Source of the DNA: Catajapyx aquilonaris
Taxonomy: Eukaryota
Direction: 5' to 3'
NCBI GenBank assembly: GCA_000934665.2
Contig: KZ539043.1
Coordinates: 1 to 35,600, forward strand
DNA length: 35,600 bases
The notes under the pieces are model-generated. The model ran no database searches. It was not told the DNA's origin and saw only the letters and a list, made by a program, of their open reading frames with translations. Every line of letters starts with the position of its first letter. Position 1 is the stretch's first letter. The position numbers and the translations under genes are program-made. Of the stretch, positions 1 through 13,336 are shown piece by piece.

Positions 1-22
1 ACCGACTGAGCCACGAAGACTG
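1..22 (-). mobile_element. 5' end of a tRNA-derived SINE (or tRNA gene), truncated by window start
   Basis: Reverse complement reads CAGTCTTCGTGGCTCAGTCGGT, containing a Pol III A-box-like TGGCTCAGTCGG. The B box would lie outside the window. Confidence 0.4.
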
Positions 23-256
23 TTTATAATTTCTTCAGCCGAATGCGCCCCATTGTCACCGAGCAGGTTTGCCGGGCACCTATAGTCGCCCATATCTCGA
101 AAACGCTTGGCTAATGCAACTTTTTACTTTCACCAATGAATTTCTGGCCTGCGATTTACCCCTAGTGTCATTTTCGGGCCGATTGGCCGATGGCCCTACA
201 GACACTTCCCTTGTAAGTGTATTAGTACTTATACACGGCATTGGCTAATACACGTA

Positions 257-394
257 CTATGGGGCTCAAATTGTTTTGGCCACTTTATCCTGGTCTTGAA
301 GCAACCCTTCACACACACACCTGCTCAACGTGGGGCCTGTGGAAAGGGTTGCTTCAACCAGGATAAAGTTGCCAAAACAATGTGAGCCCCATAG
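257..394. mobile_element. Palindromic MITE (Tc1/mariner-type, TA-flanked), copy 1
   Basis: TA|CTATGGGGCTCA...TGAGCCCCATAG|TA. The arms pair over about 50 bp (ttgttttggccactttatcctgg / ccaggataaagttgccaaaacaa; tgaagcaaccctt / aagggttgcttca). A second copy lies at 6456-6574. Confidence 0.85.
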
Positions 395-3300
395 TACGGC
401 TACTTACGTACGTTACATAATATAATTATTATGACGCGATTGCTCCTGTCTAAAGGTTGGTGTGGCATTTAGTAAGAGTGCTAATACCGTATAACAGTTT
501 AAAAGTTTAAAGGTGTTTGTATCTCCTGAAAAGTGCATGTGCTCTGACTGAAGACCTTTTCATTTTCACCAACTCATTTTTATATTCTGTTGCTTAGCTC
601 AGTGTTGATATGATCCTCTAGTTTCATCTACGACTATTAAGAAAAAACTATGCGGCAAAGATGCAGACAAATAGCAGGCGTTGAAGTAAACTCAACATAA
701 AAAAACATACACCTCATGTGATACGACATCGTTAAAAAACCCATACCCGCCCTTCCCGGCTCTACATATGCTGCATGATGCAGCAGTACCATTCTTACTT
801 TTCGTCATCAGAGGAAATTAATGTTTCATTTCATTCTGCCCATTTGTTACCTAGGCGAGAATAAACCAGGCACTTAAAAGCTACCCCGTTGTTACCTTGT
901 TTTTCACGAGGAAATTCGCAAGTGAAGCAACAATTACCACTTTCCTAGGTCACTGACTCCACCTGATGACGTCAGCAGAGCAAAATCAACAGTTAGCCTT
1001 AAGAGAGATAGTAATTTTATGGTCCTGATTTGGCGCAGTATAAAAGGATTTACGATATGGACAGGAGAAGTAGAAAACAGAGAGGGGAAAAGGGGGGCGC
1101 TTGAGTGGTACCCCACCCCCTTAGTTCCATCCGAATCCTTTGTCTTAATGAATCCGGGGCACGTTGGGCAGTAGCTGGCAGGATCTGGCAAGCAAGGCAA
1201 TAAGAGCTTGGCGGGCTGGCATGAAAACAAGGCTTTTCCTTGCTGGTCACCGCCTCCTTGGGTCGTTTGGTGCCCCCACACATGCGATTCCCTCACCCCA
1301 TAAACAAGGTGACAAATGCCCAATTACTTGCATTGATGGCGGGGCTGCCTTTGGTCTCATTCCGCACACCGGACCCGATAGAGGAGAGAAGGAATAAAAA
1401 ATAAAAAGGAATGAGAAGGAAGGAGGAAATGTCGACCAGCCACTTCTACCACTTGTCATTCTGTCACATTCGGATTGTAAGACACTGTATTTTCTGTATT
1501 GTGTTGCGTACTACCACAGTCCCAATGTATACTGCATACCCCCCCCCCCCCCATCCATTGACCTGGAGTAATGTTTCACCGTCTCTGCTGTTCATTTGTG
1601 AAACGATTCTGCGAATCATCATTGCTTAATTTTTCTGTCATTAAGTATATGATTATTCTAGTTGGTCATCAGTCGCTGCAAGTATATGCTACTCGTATTT
1701 TCAGCAGAGTAACTCGCTGCCACATTTTCCACACCAGTTCAATTTTTACGACCAGAATCCAGGAGTAAATCATAATAATCTTGTCCCTTTGGCGCTCTCT
1801 CTTATTGTCCATGAAGTTGGCGCTTTTATCAAGCCCCTTTGGAAGAGATTTGACTTTTGAATATCTGTGGATACCATATCGAGTCATCCAGGCGTATAAA
1901 ATCACTTTCAGTATTATATGACCTTATACCAGATATCTGCCCCAGGATTTGATAAAAAATGTATGGGTTGATATGAAAAACATGAAAATCTCCAGGTGGT
2001 GCTCTATGGAAAAAAAAAGAATAATAAATGGGTGAACTAACATAGAATGACCCAATCCTGTTTAGATACGTATATAAATCTTAAATTAATAACACACTCA
2101 GAATGTGGTTGACAAATTGCCATTATTATAAAATAATGTGCGTTCGGAGGCCCCAGGAAAAAAAACAACTTGGAAATTGGATTTTTTGAGACCGGTCCGA
2201 GACTTTTGTTCGGCCTGGACGGAGTTGGAGATACATTTTCCACCGCCTGCGAGAAGCTTGGAAAATGGCTCTTTTATATGAGACTTCTGTATGCAAACAG
2301 TTTACCAAAGGGAGCTATCAAAAGACGGGCTCGTGCAGTAAATCTTAGAAATAACGCTTCGGTAAGGCGGTTTATCGATTTTCTATGAAGGCCCGTGAGC
2401 AACTTCACCATAAGGTATGCCAAATTGAGGTAATTCTTCTCCCGGATTCATAACACGGTCTGTTGGGATAATAAAATAGCGATTGGCTTCAGATTGTTTT
2501 TTTTTTCTTTCTTCTTCTTCCCCTATTCCAAATCCAACCCACCTTAAATATGGATTTCAGATTAGTCCGGTGAATTGTCTTCTGAAAGGGCAACACTTGC
2601 CTTCTTTTAATTTCACATTAATAAAACCTTTCTTCTAACACCTTCAAATGAACAGTCCAAAAAAAACTTGTAGATAAAACCAGGCTTAGAGACTATATTA
2701 CAGCTGCGTGGCTTAAGATCAAGGCAATATATCAGTCGAGCAGGGTTGAAATAAGAGGCGACACGCTTTCTACAACGTCACGCCTTATATCTCGCAGGCG
2801 ACCAATTAGCAAAGTCGTAATAATATCTAGGAAGGATGAGGCTCTCAAAATGGCGTCCCCTATTCTTAGGAGACGCCGTCTTTTCTCATCCCCATTCAGC
2901 CCGCTAATGGATTCTAAGTGAAAAATGAAAGCCTAAACCTGTGATGAGAATTTGATTGCTCAAACTTCAACCACAGTTACATGGGCCAAACAATATTGAG
3001 CCAAATCTGAAAGGATACTTAGTGTTATTTCGTAACATTTTTTTTGTCGAATTTAAGTGGTGAGCGCCATCTTTGTAGTCACCGGATGTACGTCACTCTG
3101 GGTGTTTAGGAAGCAACGCCATCTTTGAGCCGAAATGTTCTAGCTCGGGGCAAGCGTTAGTCCCTTGGAATATTACAGAAGCTTTGAAAGTTCCCCTTTT
3201 CCGAGCTTCCCAATTAATAGGCTATGAAAAAGTGAGGCCACGTAATAAACGACTCATACCTCCAGCTTTTGTAATAAGGAAGACATTAAAAAAGAAAAGG

Positions 3301-6300
3301 CAGGGCATGTCTTGAGGAAGCGGATCCCATACACTGCGAAACTTTATCTTATCAAGCTTTGCTAATAAACGTCCATACTTGATACTCTGGGAAGTTATTG
3401 GGGCGGCGTGACTCGGTGCATCACGCTTAGATAGGTCAATATAGTTCCTCCTATAAGCAGGAATTACCATCGTAGGGAAAAGGGCCTGCAGATAGCGCTC
3501 CTAGGCCTTTTATGTACAGGTTGGAAATTGGGTCCCATTAGCAAGCTAATGGTCGGGGGCTCTGCCAACTCAAATGGCAGCCTCTCGACTCTCACATTTT
3601 AATTTTTGCGCAATTAATTTATCTATTGCCTGCATGAATGGCCAATACGTGAGGTATCAACGCTCCGCCAGCTCAGCACTATTAAGCCCAATGATCTAAT
3701 TAACTACACTGCAATAAATACAATATCGGGGACTATGGCCTGGCAAGCTCTGTCGACTAGCCATATATTGTACATAATATTCCCACCACGTATGACTTTC
3801 CAACCGATGCTCATTTATGCCCACCTGCTGATTCGACCTGGTCTAGCACCACAAAACCTACAGACCACTTTCGGCTAATAATCCCCCCTTTCCCCATTTT
3901 TTATGGCCTATAATATTCCAATCACTATTTTGACGACTATCTGAAAACCATTGTTAAGCCATTCGGCTCCATTTGCTTTCTCATCACGTTACGTTACCCC
4001 TGAATATAAGGTCCAAGTGACCTGTAAAATTAATGCTGCCCACCTATTGGCCAACATATTATTGCACCGGTATTGCAATAGCCGTTTATTCTTCCGCCAG
4101 AAACATCGAGTGTTTGTGCTATGCATGAAGCCCTATTGGTTCAATGAGTGCTTCCAACTGCTGAGTGCTGGGTGCCCTGAATTTCAGAAAGGTACCAATC
4201 CGCTTCGGGTAGGCTTGAGTGTGATAGCGTACCGGTAATTACGTTGCACTAATCGGGAGTATGAGTACTTATACAGCTATACCATGCCTTGATCAGATTT
4301 GGTCGCTCTCAGGCTATACACGGATATGCGGTATATGGTAATAAAAATATACCAGGTTAAAATTGATGATTTTGTGTGTACACTATTTTGAGTCGTAATT
4401 AAAAATTGTGTTACTAAAAAAAACTTCTCAACAACGTCCATACCGCGGCATCTCTAGGTAACGACCATAAAAAATAATCTTGATGCAAATAATGTTAAAT
4501 ACTGTATTTCGGTTTTCCAACACTTTTGTTCTTCATCTTTTAATTTTAAATGTGAAGCTCAGCACATGTCCGATCCAGTTAGAATATTATCGGTCAACCG
4601 ATCAGTTATTTAATATGGGATCTACCGGAGGTACAGATGGTCATTTCCAACTCGCTGCAGCAGCAACAGCATCAAAATATACCGCACATGAAAGCGGTAC
4701 AGCTAGATTAATAACAAGATAAACTATTGACATTTTTGTGCCAATAATACTGATGTGTGCTTTTGGCATGAAATTGGGAGTTTGCACTCAACTTATTACA
4801 ACTGATGCATGCCTGCGTACTCCAACCTAGCAAGTAGATTTGAATAGGACAAAGGGACAGAAAGGGGGAACAGGCACTGTGAAAATACGGTCCAATCATA
4901 TGAAAATGTGTTATAGATGACTGTAGGTGAACAACACAAAATTGTTCAGTTTGTTTTAACTTGTTCAATATTATTCTTTTTGCAATATCCGATATTTTAA
5001 ATTGTTACATTCTTACAGTCTTTGTATGATAATGCATATCTTTGCACAGTTTATTCACATATTGTGTATGATAGTTGCAAGTTATTATAGTTTCCTCAAA
5101 AGCACTTTATCTTAACGGAATTCGCGACCCCTGCTGACAAACTTGAGGCACACAATCTTAAAAACTCACTAAAAATTCGCTCATCCTGAAAATTATTGCT
5201 AACCCGGCGTATCATACACCCAACGTTGGTGACAGTGACACTGTTGACAATGGGGGTCAAAAACGTGAAATATCTCATTATCTTCCAATATTTCATCAAT
5301 AGGCCTATTTATGCAGAAACCACATCGCACCTGTCAGTGACAAGTAACACAATCATACCGGTAGAGTAATATAATACATGTTAAAATTAATCGTTTACTT
5401 AAACTTTCTCTACAGTATCTGTAGATTTTTGTAATAGTATAGCCTACTTATTACTGACTTATTATTGTGCTGTGCTGGGCGAGGCTGTGGGAGTATTGCA
5501 AAAGGTCGGAAATATATTTTTACTCATAAAAAAACCTCCTAAGTGACCGAGACTGGAAGAGCAAAAAAGAATTATTGAAGAAATAAGCTACCTTTGGAAA
5601 ATCCCATGCTGCAAAAATATATAGTATTTCATATCACAATGTGGAAATCCTCTTAACGTCCGCCATAAAATCATTTGTATTAAATAACGCTATTTTTAAC
5701 CGCAGGTCAATCTCACGAGAGTTTACTCAAGAAACTAGAAGTCAAATTGTCACACGGTTAAGGCAATAGCTTAGTCAGCTTACTCATATAGTTTAAGTGT
5801 ATTTTAAAAGGCTAGAAATCAATATATTGGTCAGAAGGACTGAAATGCAACAATATCAGCACATTTTATATAGATATTTTGTTCTATATCCGTAACTAAG
5901 TATTCTAAGACTACGAGCAATATGTCGTTTTATTCGTGACCTTACGGTATCACACGTCTTCAAAGATTTTATTGGCCTATCTTATGCAGAAAATCCATCT
6001 CGGGCAGGGTAAAATTATTTACTTCTTCAAGCTCAGATATTTTCAGGCAATGACATGCTTTCATACACAGTTGGCCAGGCAAAAAATTATTATCAGTAAA
6101 AATCCAAAACAACTGTCCAATAAGAAGAAATACTCAACGTAACCAGATAATAATAAATTGTAAAGCGCATTTTAGTCACTGACTTAAAGTATTATCTCAT
6201 TCATATTGTTAAATTTTAATAGCTTGTTTTGCTGCATGAACCTTTTCTATCCTGCCTTCCTGTTTCTATAGCTGCCTCGTGGCCTCAATCGCCTCAGCTT

Positions 6301-6455
6301 CCCTAAACAGACTAATAAATTAAACCACATCAAACTAAGAATATTGTTCCTCATTTTGAGAAGTACGCCATATTGTTGTTTACACCGTTATTATGAGGTA
6401 GGCATATAATAACATTCGCGTCATCTGGCTCTCGAATCTAAATCTGCTGAATGTA

Positions 6456-6574
6456 CTATCGGGTTCAAATATACTTTTGGCCACTTTATCCTGGTCTTGA
6501 AGCAACCCTTCACTCACACACCTCCTTAACGTGGGGTCTGTGCGAAGGGTTGCAAAAGTATTTGAACCCGATAG
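6456..6574. mobile_element. Palindromic MITE, copy 2 of the 257-394 family, with a deletion in the right arm
   Basis: TA|CTATCGGGTTCAAATA...TATTTGAACCCGATAG|TA. It shares ttttggccactttatcctggtcttgaagcaacccttcac exactly with copy 1. Confidence 0.85.
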
Positions 6575-6773
6575 TACATCTCGAGAGCTGGTCTTACCTA
6601 TCCAGGAAATATATTTATTTGTGCTGGATAATCTGCGTACTTTTGCATGGGATTGCCAAATAAATTATGAGGTCCGTCGTCCAACAAACTTAGACGAGTA
6701 ATCACATAAAATTAACTTACAAATTATTCATGCTCTTACAACTTATACCTTTTCCAGAAGCGATCTCTGACTA

Positions 6774-6850
6774 CAGGGTGTGTCTTTGCCCAAGTTGACC
6801 ATCCGAAGAGCCGACGCGACGCGACGGGGGGAGTCGTAGGGCGACACCTG
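6774..6850. mobile_element. Possible degenerate short Tc1-type MITE
   Basis: TA|CAGGGTGTGTC ... GACACCTG|TA. The inverted ends are short and imperfect. Confidence 0.3.
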
Positions 6851-8026
6851 TAATTAAACCAACCTCCTCACTTTTACAAGAAAGTACCAGAACTGAGGTA
6901 TTGTCCTTTGCATACATATCACTCTATGCAGCACCTACCTTTAAAAAATTCCCAAAAAGTATCTAGCCTGATATCTGAGCAGGGTGCTAACTAGTAAGTA
7001 CCCCACAAAAAGTACTAATCATATCATTCCCCATAACCCCCCACAAAAAAATCAAATAATACCAGACCAGGCGTCTATTTTGCACCTTAAACCTCCATAA
7101 GTTGACTCAATCCCCCTGACGTCGGATCAGGGAAAGCAACACGGCCCATAAAGCCATCTTGCGCTGAATCCAGCTAACAAAGCCATTTGAGCCCACCCCC
7201 TTAACCATCCCCCTTCCACCTTGGGTGTGCAGGAAAACTTCTCTGTCTATTTTTTTTTTCTTTCTCTATATTTTTTTCGAGCAGCTTGCTTCCGCAGTAG
7301 TCTACTAAGGGGGGGAGAAAATTTGCCAGGCTCTCTTGAGCTGTCCTGATGCATTTTTCTCCCTTCTTCTCCTTGCCTTTATCAGCGAGCCTTGTCACAC
7401 TTGATTATGGCCCAGACACATTTTCATCTTCCTTGCGGCTCCCGGATAGCTTCGTCAGAAATTAACTGGCTAAATGGGGCCTGCCTTGTCATGAGAGGCA
7501 GTGTCCTCAGGAAGACGAAGAGAGAGAGAAAAAAAGAAGTGTTAAGGGGGTCTCTTCACCTCCCCCTTAGGACGTCAACTGAGAACAAATTGTGCACATT
7601 TCCATTTCTTTACCTGTCCATAACATTCTAACAAGTTGACATCTGTTGGGAGGAGGCCATTTGTATCTGTGATGCTGTTGCTATGGCCTCGGGAGTTTAT
7701 TCTATGCATGTGTAAGCAGACTACTGATGGTTAGGGTCATTTTTCAACGACTTTGCATTAGAATAAAGGCGAGGAGAGGAGATTTTTTGGGAAGGAAACT
7801 TGAAGAAAAGGTATCCTGCCTAGAGAGTTTCGTAGGGGATTTTCAGACTCCGTTAGGACTTTTACTGTCGCGATGGAGAGTATATAGGACGTGGAAAGTT
7901 CAAAGGGACGCATAATGTCGTGGGTGTGGGATTGTGAGACTTGCTAGATGTAATAGAGGCAGAGAAATGTTCTTACTAGTTCTTTACCAACTGAAATTGA
8001 AAATGTTATTCAGAATATACTGTATA

Positions 8027-8253
8027 CAGGGTGTTCTAGGCATATTAGTACTTTTAGTTATAGAAAATTTCGCTCGAAGTATTTTTTAAATCTTGTCGCG
8101 CCGCTATAAAACCAGGTGCTCTATTCTTTAGAAACTGCTATATTCAACCACCTGGGAGTAATGGGGCACAACAAGCTAGACAAAAATAACTACCTCGGAC
8201 AATTATTATTATTAGTGATAACTAAAAACGACCTACGAACTTGGAACACCCTG
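8027..8253. mobile_element. Tc1/mariner-type MITE with CAGGGTGTTC termini
   Basis: TA|CAGGGTGTTC...GAACACCCTG|TA, with degenerate arm similarity extending inward (ttttagttat / ataactaaaa; ccaggtg / cacctgg). Confidence 0.75.
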
Positions 8254-8863
8254 TAGAGTTGTGAACATATATGTGGGGATGAGAGACTACATGAGCATTG
8301 AGCATAATGTGACAAGCTTTATGGCACCACGAAAGTAATTTATTTTGGTCACCAACTGTTGTTATTCCTTATACGGTTCTGTTGGAAAATATATTAAACA
8401 CAAATACAATCAATCCATGGTGTCCGATAAACTATTTTCGTGGATAATTTGTAGCATTAAATTGATGATAATTATACTTGTAGCATGGCAGACTATACCT
8501 GTATATTGTTAGGAGTCCTTCACAATTTTGTCATTTCTTTTTAGATGGGAAATTATAAACAGTTACTTTGGCCCAGTTTATTTTTCTGGTTTTCAGTAGT
8601 TTGATCTGGTAATATTAGTTGAATAGGGCCATCCTTTGAAATGCCTGTAAGGGGCCCTGGCCTGCAAAAATAGGCTCAATCATTAATATTCAATGCCAAT
8701 TGCGTTAATGGGCCGTTTCCAATCGCCAATTCATATCAATCCAGAGATGGGATGGATTATTCAATTTTGCCTAATATTATCAGAATTGTAATACTTTTGG
8801 TAATTGTGCAAAAGAAATAAAACAGCTTAGTGCCATAAATGCTAACCACTAATATCATTTTAT

Positions 8864-8876
8864 TTGGAACACCCTG
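8864..8876. mobile_element. Solo right-hand TIR of the CAGGGTG MITE type
   Basis: TTGGAACACCCTG|TA is identical to the right end at 8241-8255. I saw no dedicated left partner. Confidence 0.4.
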
Positions 8877-10445
8877 TACGCAATACTTGCGTGTTCAATT
8901 TATTTTTTTTAACATATCACTTTTTGTGTTTGCAATATATTGTGTTAGAAATCCAAAGAAGGCGTGTCGAAACTCTGAAAGTTGTTTTAAAAAGTCATCC
9001 CTCGGACTAGTGGTTAAGCACCATGCTGTTTTTTAGGAGTCCTTCGTGTAAGTTAGACACCGGTACCAATCATCCCGACCAAAGGTTAATAGTTTTGCCC
9101 CTGCTCCTCCACAGAAATTCCGGGACAAGCCAAGGGTCCTTCCTTCTTTCTCCTGACACCTTACAGAATTTAAAAATCATATTTAAATTTTAGGCCGTTG
9201 TGACTCATCATGTGCAAAATAGCTTTTATGATCCTACTAAAGTGGGAGTAAAAAATTCCATGCATAATAGTGCCACACATGGCCACATTAACACCCTTTA
9301 GGCGTATACTACAGTTTAAATTACCAAGCCTTACATCAGATAGTGGCGCCAGTAATGATCAGTGCGTCATATACGCGCTTCTAAATGCAGCATGGGTTCA
9401 GGTGTTCCATGAGAGTGGTTGAGACGTAGCGGAGAGAAAAAAATGGTAGAGCTCGCAGAGAGGCAAGAGATCCTCGGAATACAGATCTATCTCTTCTAGC
9501 TTCACCTGCTCGCCTCCAATTCATCTTTCAACGTCACCAGCCCTCCAGCACAAATCCTTCCTTTCTCATACCAGACACTTTCACCACCAACTTTAGCATG
9601 TCGGCTGCTTCTCTTCTAACCGCCTCTCATTGTATGCTCCTCTCCTTATACGGATTCGAACCCGATTTATGGGAATACTCTTTATCCCAACCACACAATC
9701 TGACCCATTTATCATCTGCTTAAAACATGCGCAGAATATTGTTTGTGGTTGCTCTCTTCTTGAATTGTGATTAGCAATTGACACACGAAATAACTCGACG
9801 ACAGCAACTGAGACAGCATGCTATATTGTCCCTATTTCAATAATCACAGTAACATAAACAATAACTCCCTAATGCCTACTGATATTCATTGCCGCTCCTT
9901 TTGTGTGCCTTGAACTTTGAAGCACTCCCAGACTTCGATACAATTACAGCCTGGCTGCGTTCGTAGGTACCTATTATAGTCTACCTGTATTAAGCATGAA
10001 GTTCACAGTGTCATCAAAGCTAATTCACCTTCCTTTGTGCCGTTGGAACATAGTATTTCCAGACTGCATATGCACACAATATCAAGTGACTGAATTCATC
10101 CAAGCAGTCTGCGCATACAGTTCTCCTCTTGATGTTTCATCATAATCAGGCTGTCATCTTAAAGCACCACACCTGAAGTTTCACAAAGTCAACTGAGACG
10201 CATCACCAGTCTTGGCCATCGGTGTCCATCTTCAATCCTGAAATGGGTCAGTGCGAGCATGTATAAATGATGGTATGGGCCAAAGGAGCTCAGGTTTGGG
10301 AAAGGAGTCCCTTGTACGGGCCTGAGGTGAACGGAATCCTATTGTAGTGTCTGCATTGGAGGCGGCGGACTGTGACTTGTGCTCCCAACCACCACCCCCC
10401 TGCCACACAATAAATTGAAAGCGAGGTGAAATGAGGGCGCACCCA

Positions 10446-10517
10446 CACCCCCTTGTACCCCCTTGCACCCCCTTACACCCGCTTGCACCCCCTTGCACCC
10501 CCTCCAGCCTACCCCTG
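10446..10517. repeat. 10-bp tandem repeat (CCCCTTGCAC, about 6 units) ending in a possible DNA-transposon terminus
   Basis: cacccccttg-type units run 10446-10503, followed by GCCTACCCCTG (CAGGGGTAGGC on the minus strand, hAT-MITE-like). No partner end was found. Confidence 0.7.
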
Positions 10518-11320
10518 GTTTTCCTTGCGGCGCTGATCTATATGGATTCGCCTTGACAGTGGAGTCTGCGGGGAGCCTTGTTCCCTATTGATGGGAACAG
10601 CGAATTGCACTCAACCAAGCCGCCAAGCTAGAAAAATTAATGAATGTTCAAGTGACGGCTAATTACAAATCGGGAAAGGGAGTGCCTGCTGGATAAAGGC
10701 AGTTGGGGGAAAGGCGGTAAAGCCAAGGCTTCACGCCTCTTGCTATCATTTTACATTTGGCTCGCAACTTGCCTCTGGAATGTGTAACCTGTCGGGGAAC
10801 AAAAATGCAACATAATTGATTCGATGCCTTATTGGAGGATTCATCATCTGCTGCTCAGGAACAGTGTTTGCCTTTAAATGTTCTGCTGGGAATTCTGCCA
10901 TCTTTGAGCAAGGATCATAGGATCTTTTTTATAGGGTCCTTAAAAAATCAGGGATAAAGGGAAGATGATGTCAGGCATCTTGACTCCCTCATTTTGCATG
11001 GTCAACATATTGAACGATTAACTTTGTGACATATCATACCCGGAGGTGGTGCTTTATTGCTCACACACCTATACACAATACACTACACTATATTAACACT
11101 ACTTCCGAACTCTACCCTTTCATACACTCACAGTAAATACTCCAATCTTGGAGATAGTAATAAAGAAATTTTTTCACATTTTACGAGATAGCTGGCCACA
11201 GTAGACTACTATTGGAGATGGTTCAAGGCTATACGATCGTATACACCCAGTAAAATGTTGCACTTAATTTTCACAGCGTTGGGCAAAAATTTACCTGCTG
11301 GCAGTTCACTTTTATTTTTA

Positions 11321-11400
11321 CGAGGGTCGTAAAAGTCAACATTTTTTCGCGGTTACTTTGCATGTATTTTATTTTTTGCAACAATGTGTAGTAGTGTAAT
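11321..11400 (+). mobile_element. Possible mariner-like left-end remnant
   Basis: TA|CGAGGGTCGTAAAAGT resembles the TACGAGGG.. start of many mariner TIRs. No right TIR or transposase was found, and the right boundary is arbitrary. Confidence 0.25.
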
Positions 11401-12026
11401 GGTTAGTTGCATAGAGTTGCATGCAATATTCGAAGACCTGTTGTTTTGTAAGCAAGTTAGAGCTATAAGTTTTAGTGGAAGTGTCAATTAGTGTATTGTT
11501 GTTGTTGTTGACATCTCAAGTATTGTAGGTCTCAGATGTAGTTACGACATTAGGTATTTCTCCCGTAGATGATTTCTTTCTAAGACTACTTTAATAGAGA
11601 GTGAGCCAATTGAAATGTCCGTTTCATATACAGTAGATACTTATTTTTGTCGCTGATCTACTTAATTCTGAGTAGTTGATTTGTAATAGGTACCTTTAGT
11701 GGTTATTAGCTGCTATGAATTGCTTTATGAAACTCTGAATTACAATGAATTTCCATTTGGGAATGGCCCATTGGAAAAATTATTGTCATCGAACGTCAAT
11801 AACAGAACCTACTTGTATTTCTCGCTGACCAGATTCCCTTTGCAGGCGATAAAATGGGCAGGTCCATGCAACCTAATATTAGCAGTTAATACTTTTGATA
11901 AGCACTCAAACATTTCAGAAAGAAACTGCTTAAAAATAAGCGGTTTAGTTTCAAATGCTCGCTAACCATACGGTATTTTACTAATTGCAACACCCTGTGT
12001 GTACACTGCATATGCGGTCGTGGCAA

Positions 12027-12200
12027 GGGTCGTGGTGTAGTGCTGGTTAGTGTCACAACCGAAACCTCTGAGGTCCCGAGTTCGACTTCTGGGTAGGGCA
12101 GATAATTTTCTCATGCGGAAATAGTTTCGATAGGTCATCTTCGTGCTAGTGTGGGCTTTCTCGGGGTTACCCCATTTCCTCCCACAATCACTATTCAAAG
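12027..12200 (+). mobile_element. Degenerate tRNA-derived SINE with a V-domain-like core
   Basis: A-box-like TGGTGTAGTGCTGG, B-box-like GAGTTCGACTTC, then GTGGGCTTTCTCGGGGTTACCCCATTTCCTCCCACA, which resembles the V-SINE core motif. No TSD seen; ends approximate. Confidence 0.65.
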
Positions 12201-13336
12201 AAAAGGGGTGTCAATTTTTTGAAAAGTTTCAAATGAACAAATCGGGTCCTATTTTAAATGTCACAGTTTTAATAAATATAATATATAGTGTTGTAATATA
12301 GTACCATATTATAGATGTGTAAAGCGGTTCAAAAGCCTACTCAATTCATGTTGGAGTAGATTTTGTTTGGTGGAAGTTATGGAGGGTGGTGAGTGGGCGA
12401 AGGCAGATTATCCCATTATAATGCCAGCAATGCCTCTAAAATCGCATTTTGGGTTTCCATATTTTGCGGCACTTTCAATGAAACACTTCAGGCCTCAAAT
12501 TTAGTTCAGTTCAAATCAATTTTAAAGCTTCCATGGTTTAAAAAAAATCATAATCAAAAATTGGAGCTCCATTTTCCATCCAAAATTTCCGATGCTCATA
12601 ACTTAAAGGCCTTTAAGTGACCTTCTAAATCATCCATCACATTTTGAATATTCACTAATTAGGTATAAATTATGTAGAACTGTATTATCACATTTCAGAT
12701 AAACTTAACCAATGCTGAAGAGAGCATAAATGACGTTATGACTAAATCAAAGATTCATACAGCTACATAGCCTACTGCTATATGCAGAGGAACTATTGTA
12801 TATAGAGTGCACCTTAAATAACGAGATACCGCAGAATTATGCAATATCAATGCAATAGTTTAGCAGTGAAATGGTCTGTAATTTTGAATTACTACCCCAT
12901 TTGGCTCATATAGGCGTCTAGTATGGGCCACCTCATAACCATTTAATGACGTATGCATGCAACTTGCTAGCATGGGGACATGAGCAGTAGCATGATTATG
13001 ACTACGACATCAAAATATGTCTAATGCGATTATCAGTCATCTGTGCTTTATTGTCAATAACCGAATGTGTATATGGCATGCATTTTTAGTATCACATGCT
13101 TTTACCTTCCAACCACCCCAGAGACAGTCTTTATTCGTATTGTTGTCCCAGTGCATGGAACTCCGCTGTAACAGTTTACTGATTTGACATTCATTCTACC
13201 TTGGCTATAGGACTATACTTACAAACACTGCTTAATGTACAGTACAGTTAAGTTTTTTATTATGTTAAACATGGAAATTGTGCGTCAGAAGTTGATTGTT
13301 TTTTTAAATTGACACAGCTTAGACGAAGTAACGTTC

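Noticed and set aside
934..1323. 129-aa ORF on the minus strand and overlapping ORFs
   Set aside because: No recognisable domain and no clear splice context; length is compatible with chance in a locally GC-richer patch.
8509..9045. 13-bp direct repeat TTAGGAGTCCTTC about 525 bp apart as a possible TSD
   Set aside because: Several 13-mer matches are expected by chance in 35 kb, and the enclosed sequence has no element hallmarks.
10173..10238. Exon-like segment on the minus strand (atttcag...gtgtgg)
   Set aside because: Stop codons in all three frames. A non-coding exon cannot be supported without RNA data.
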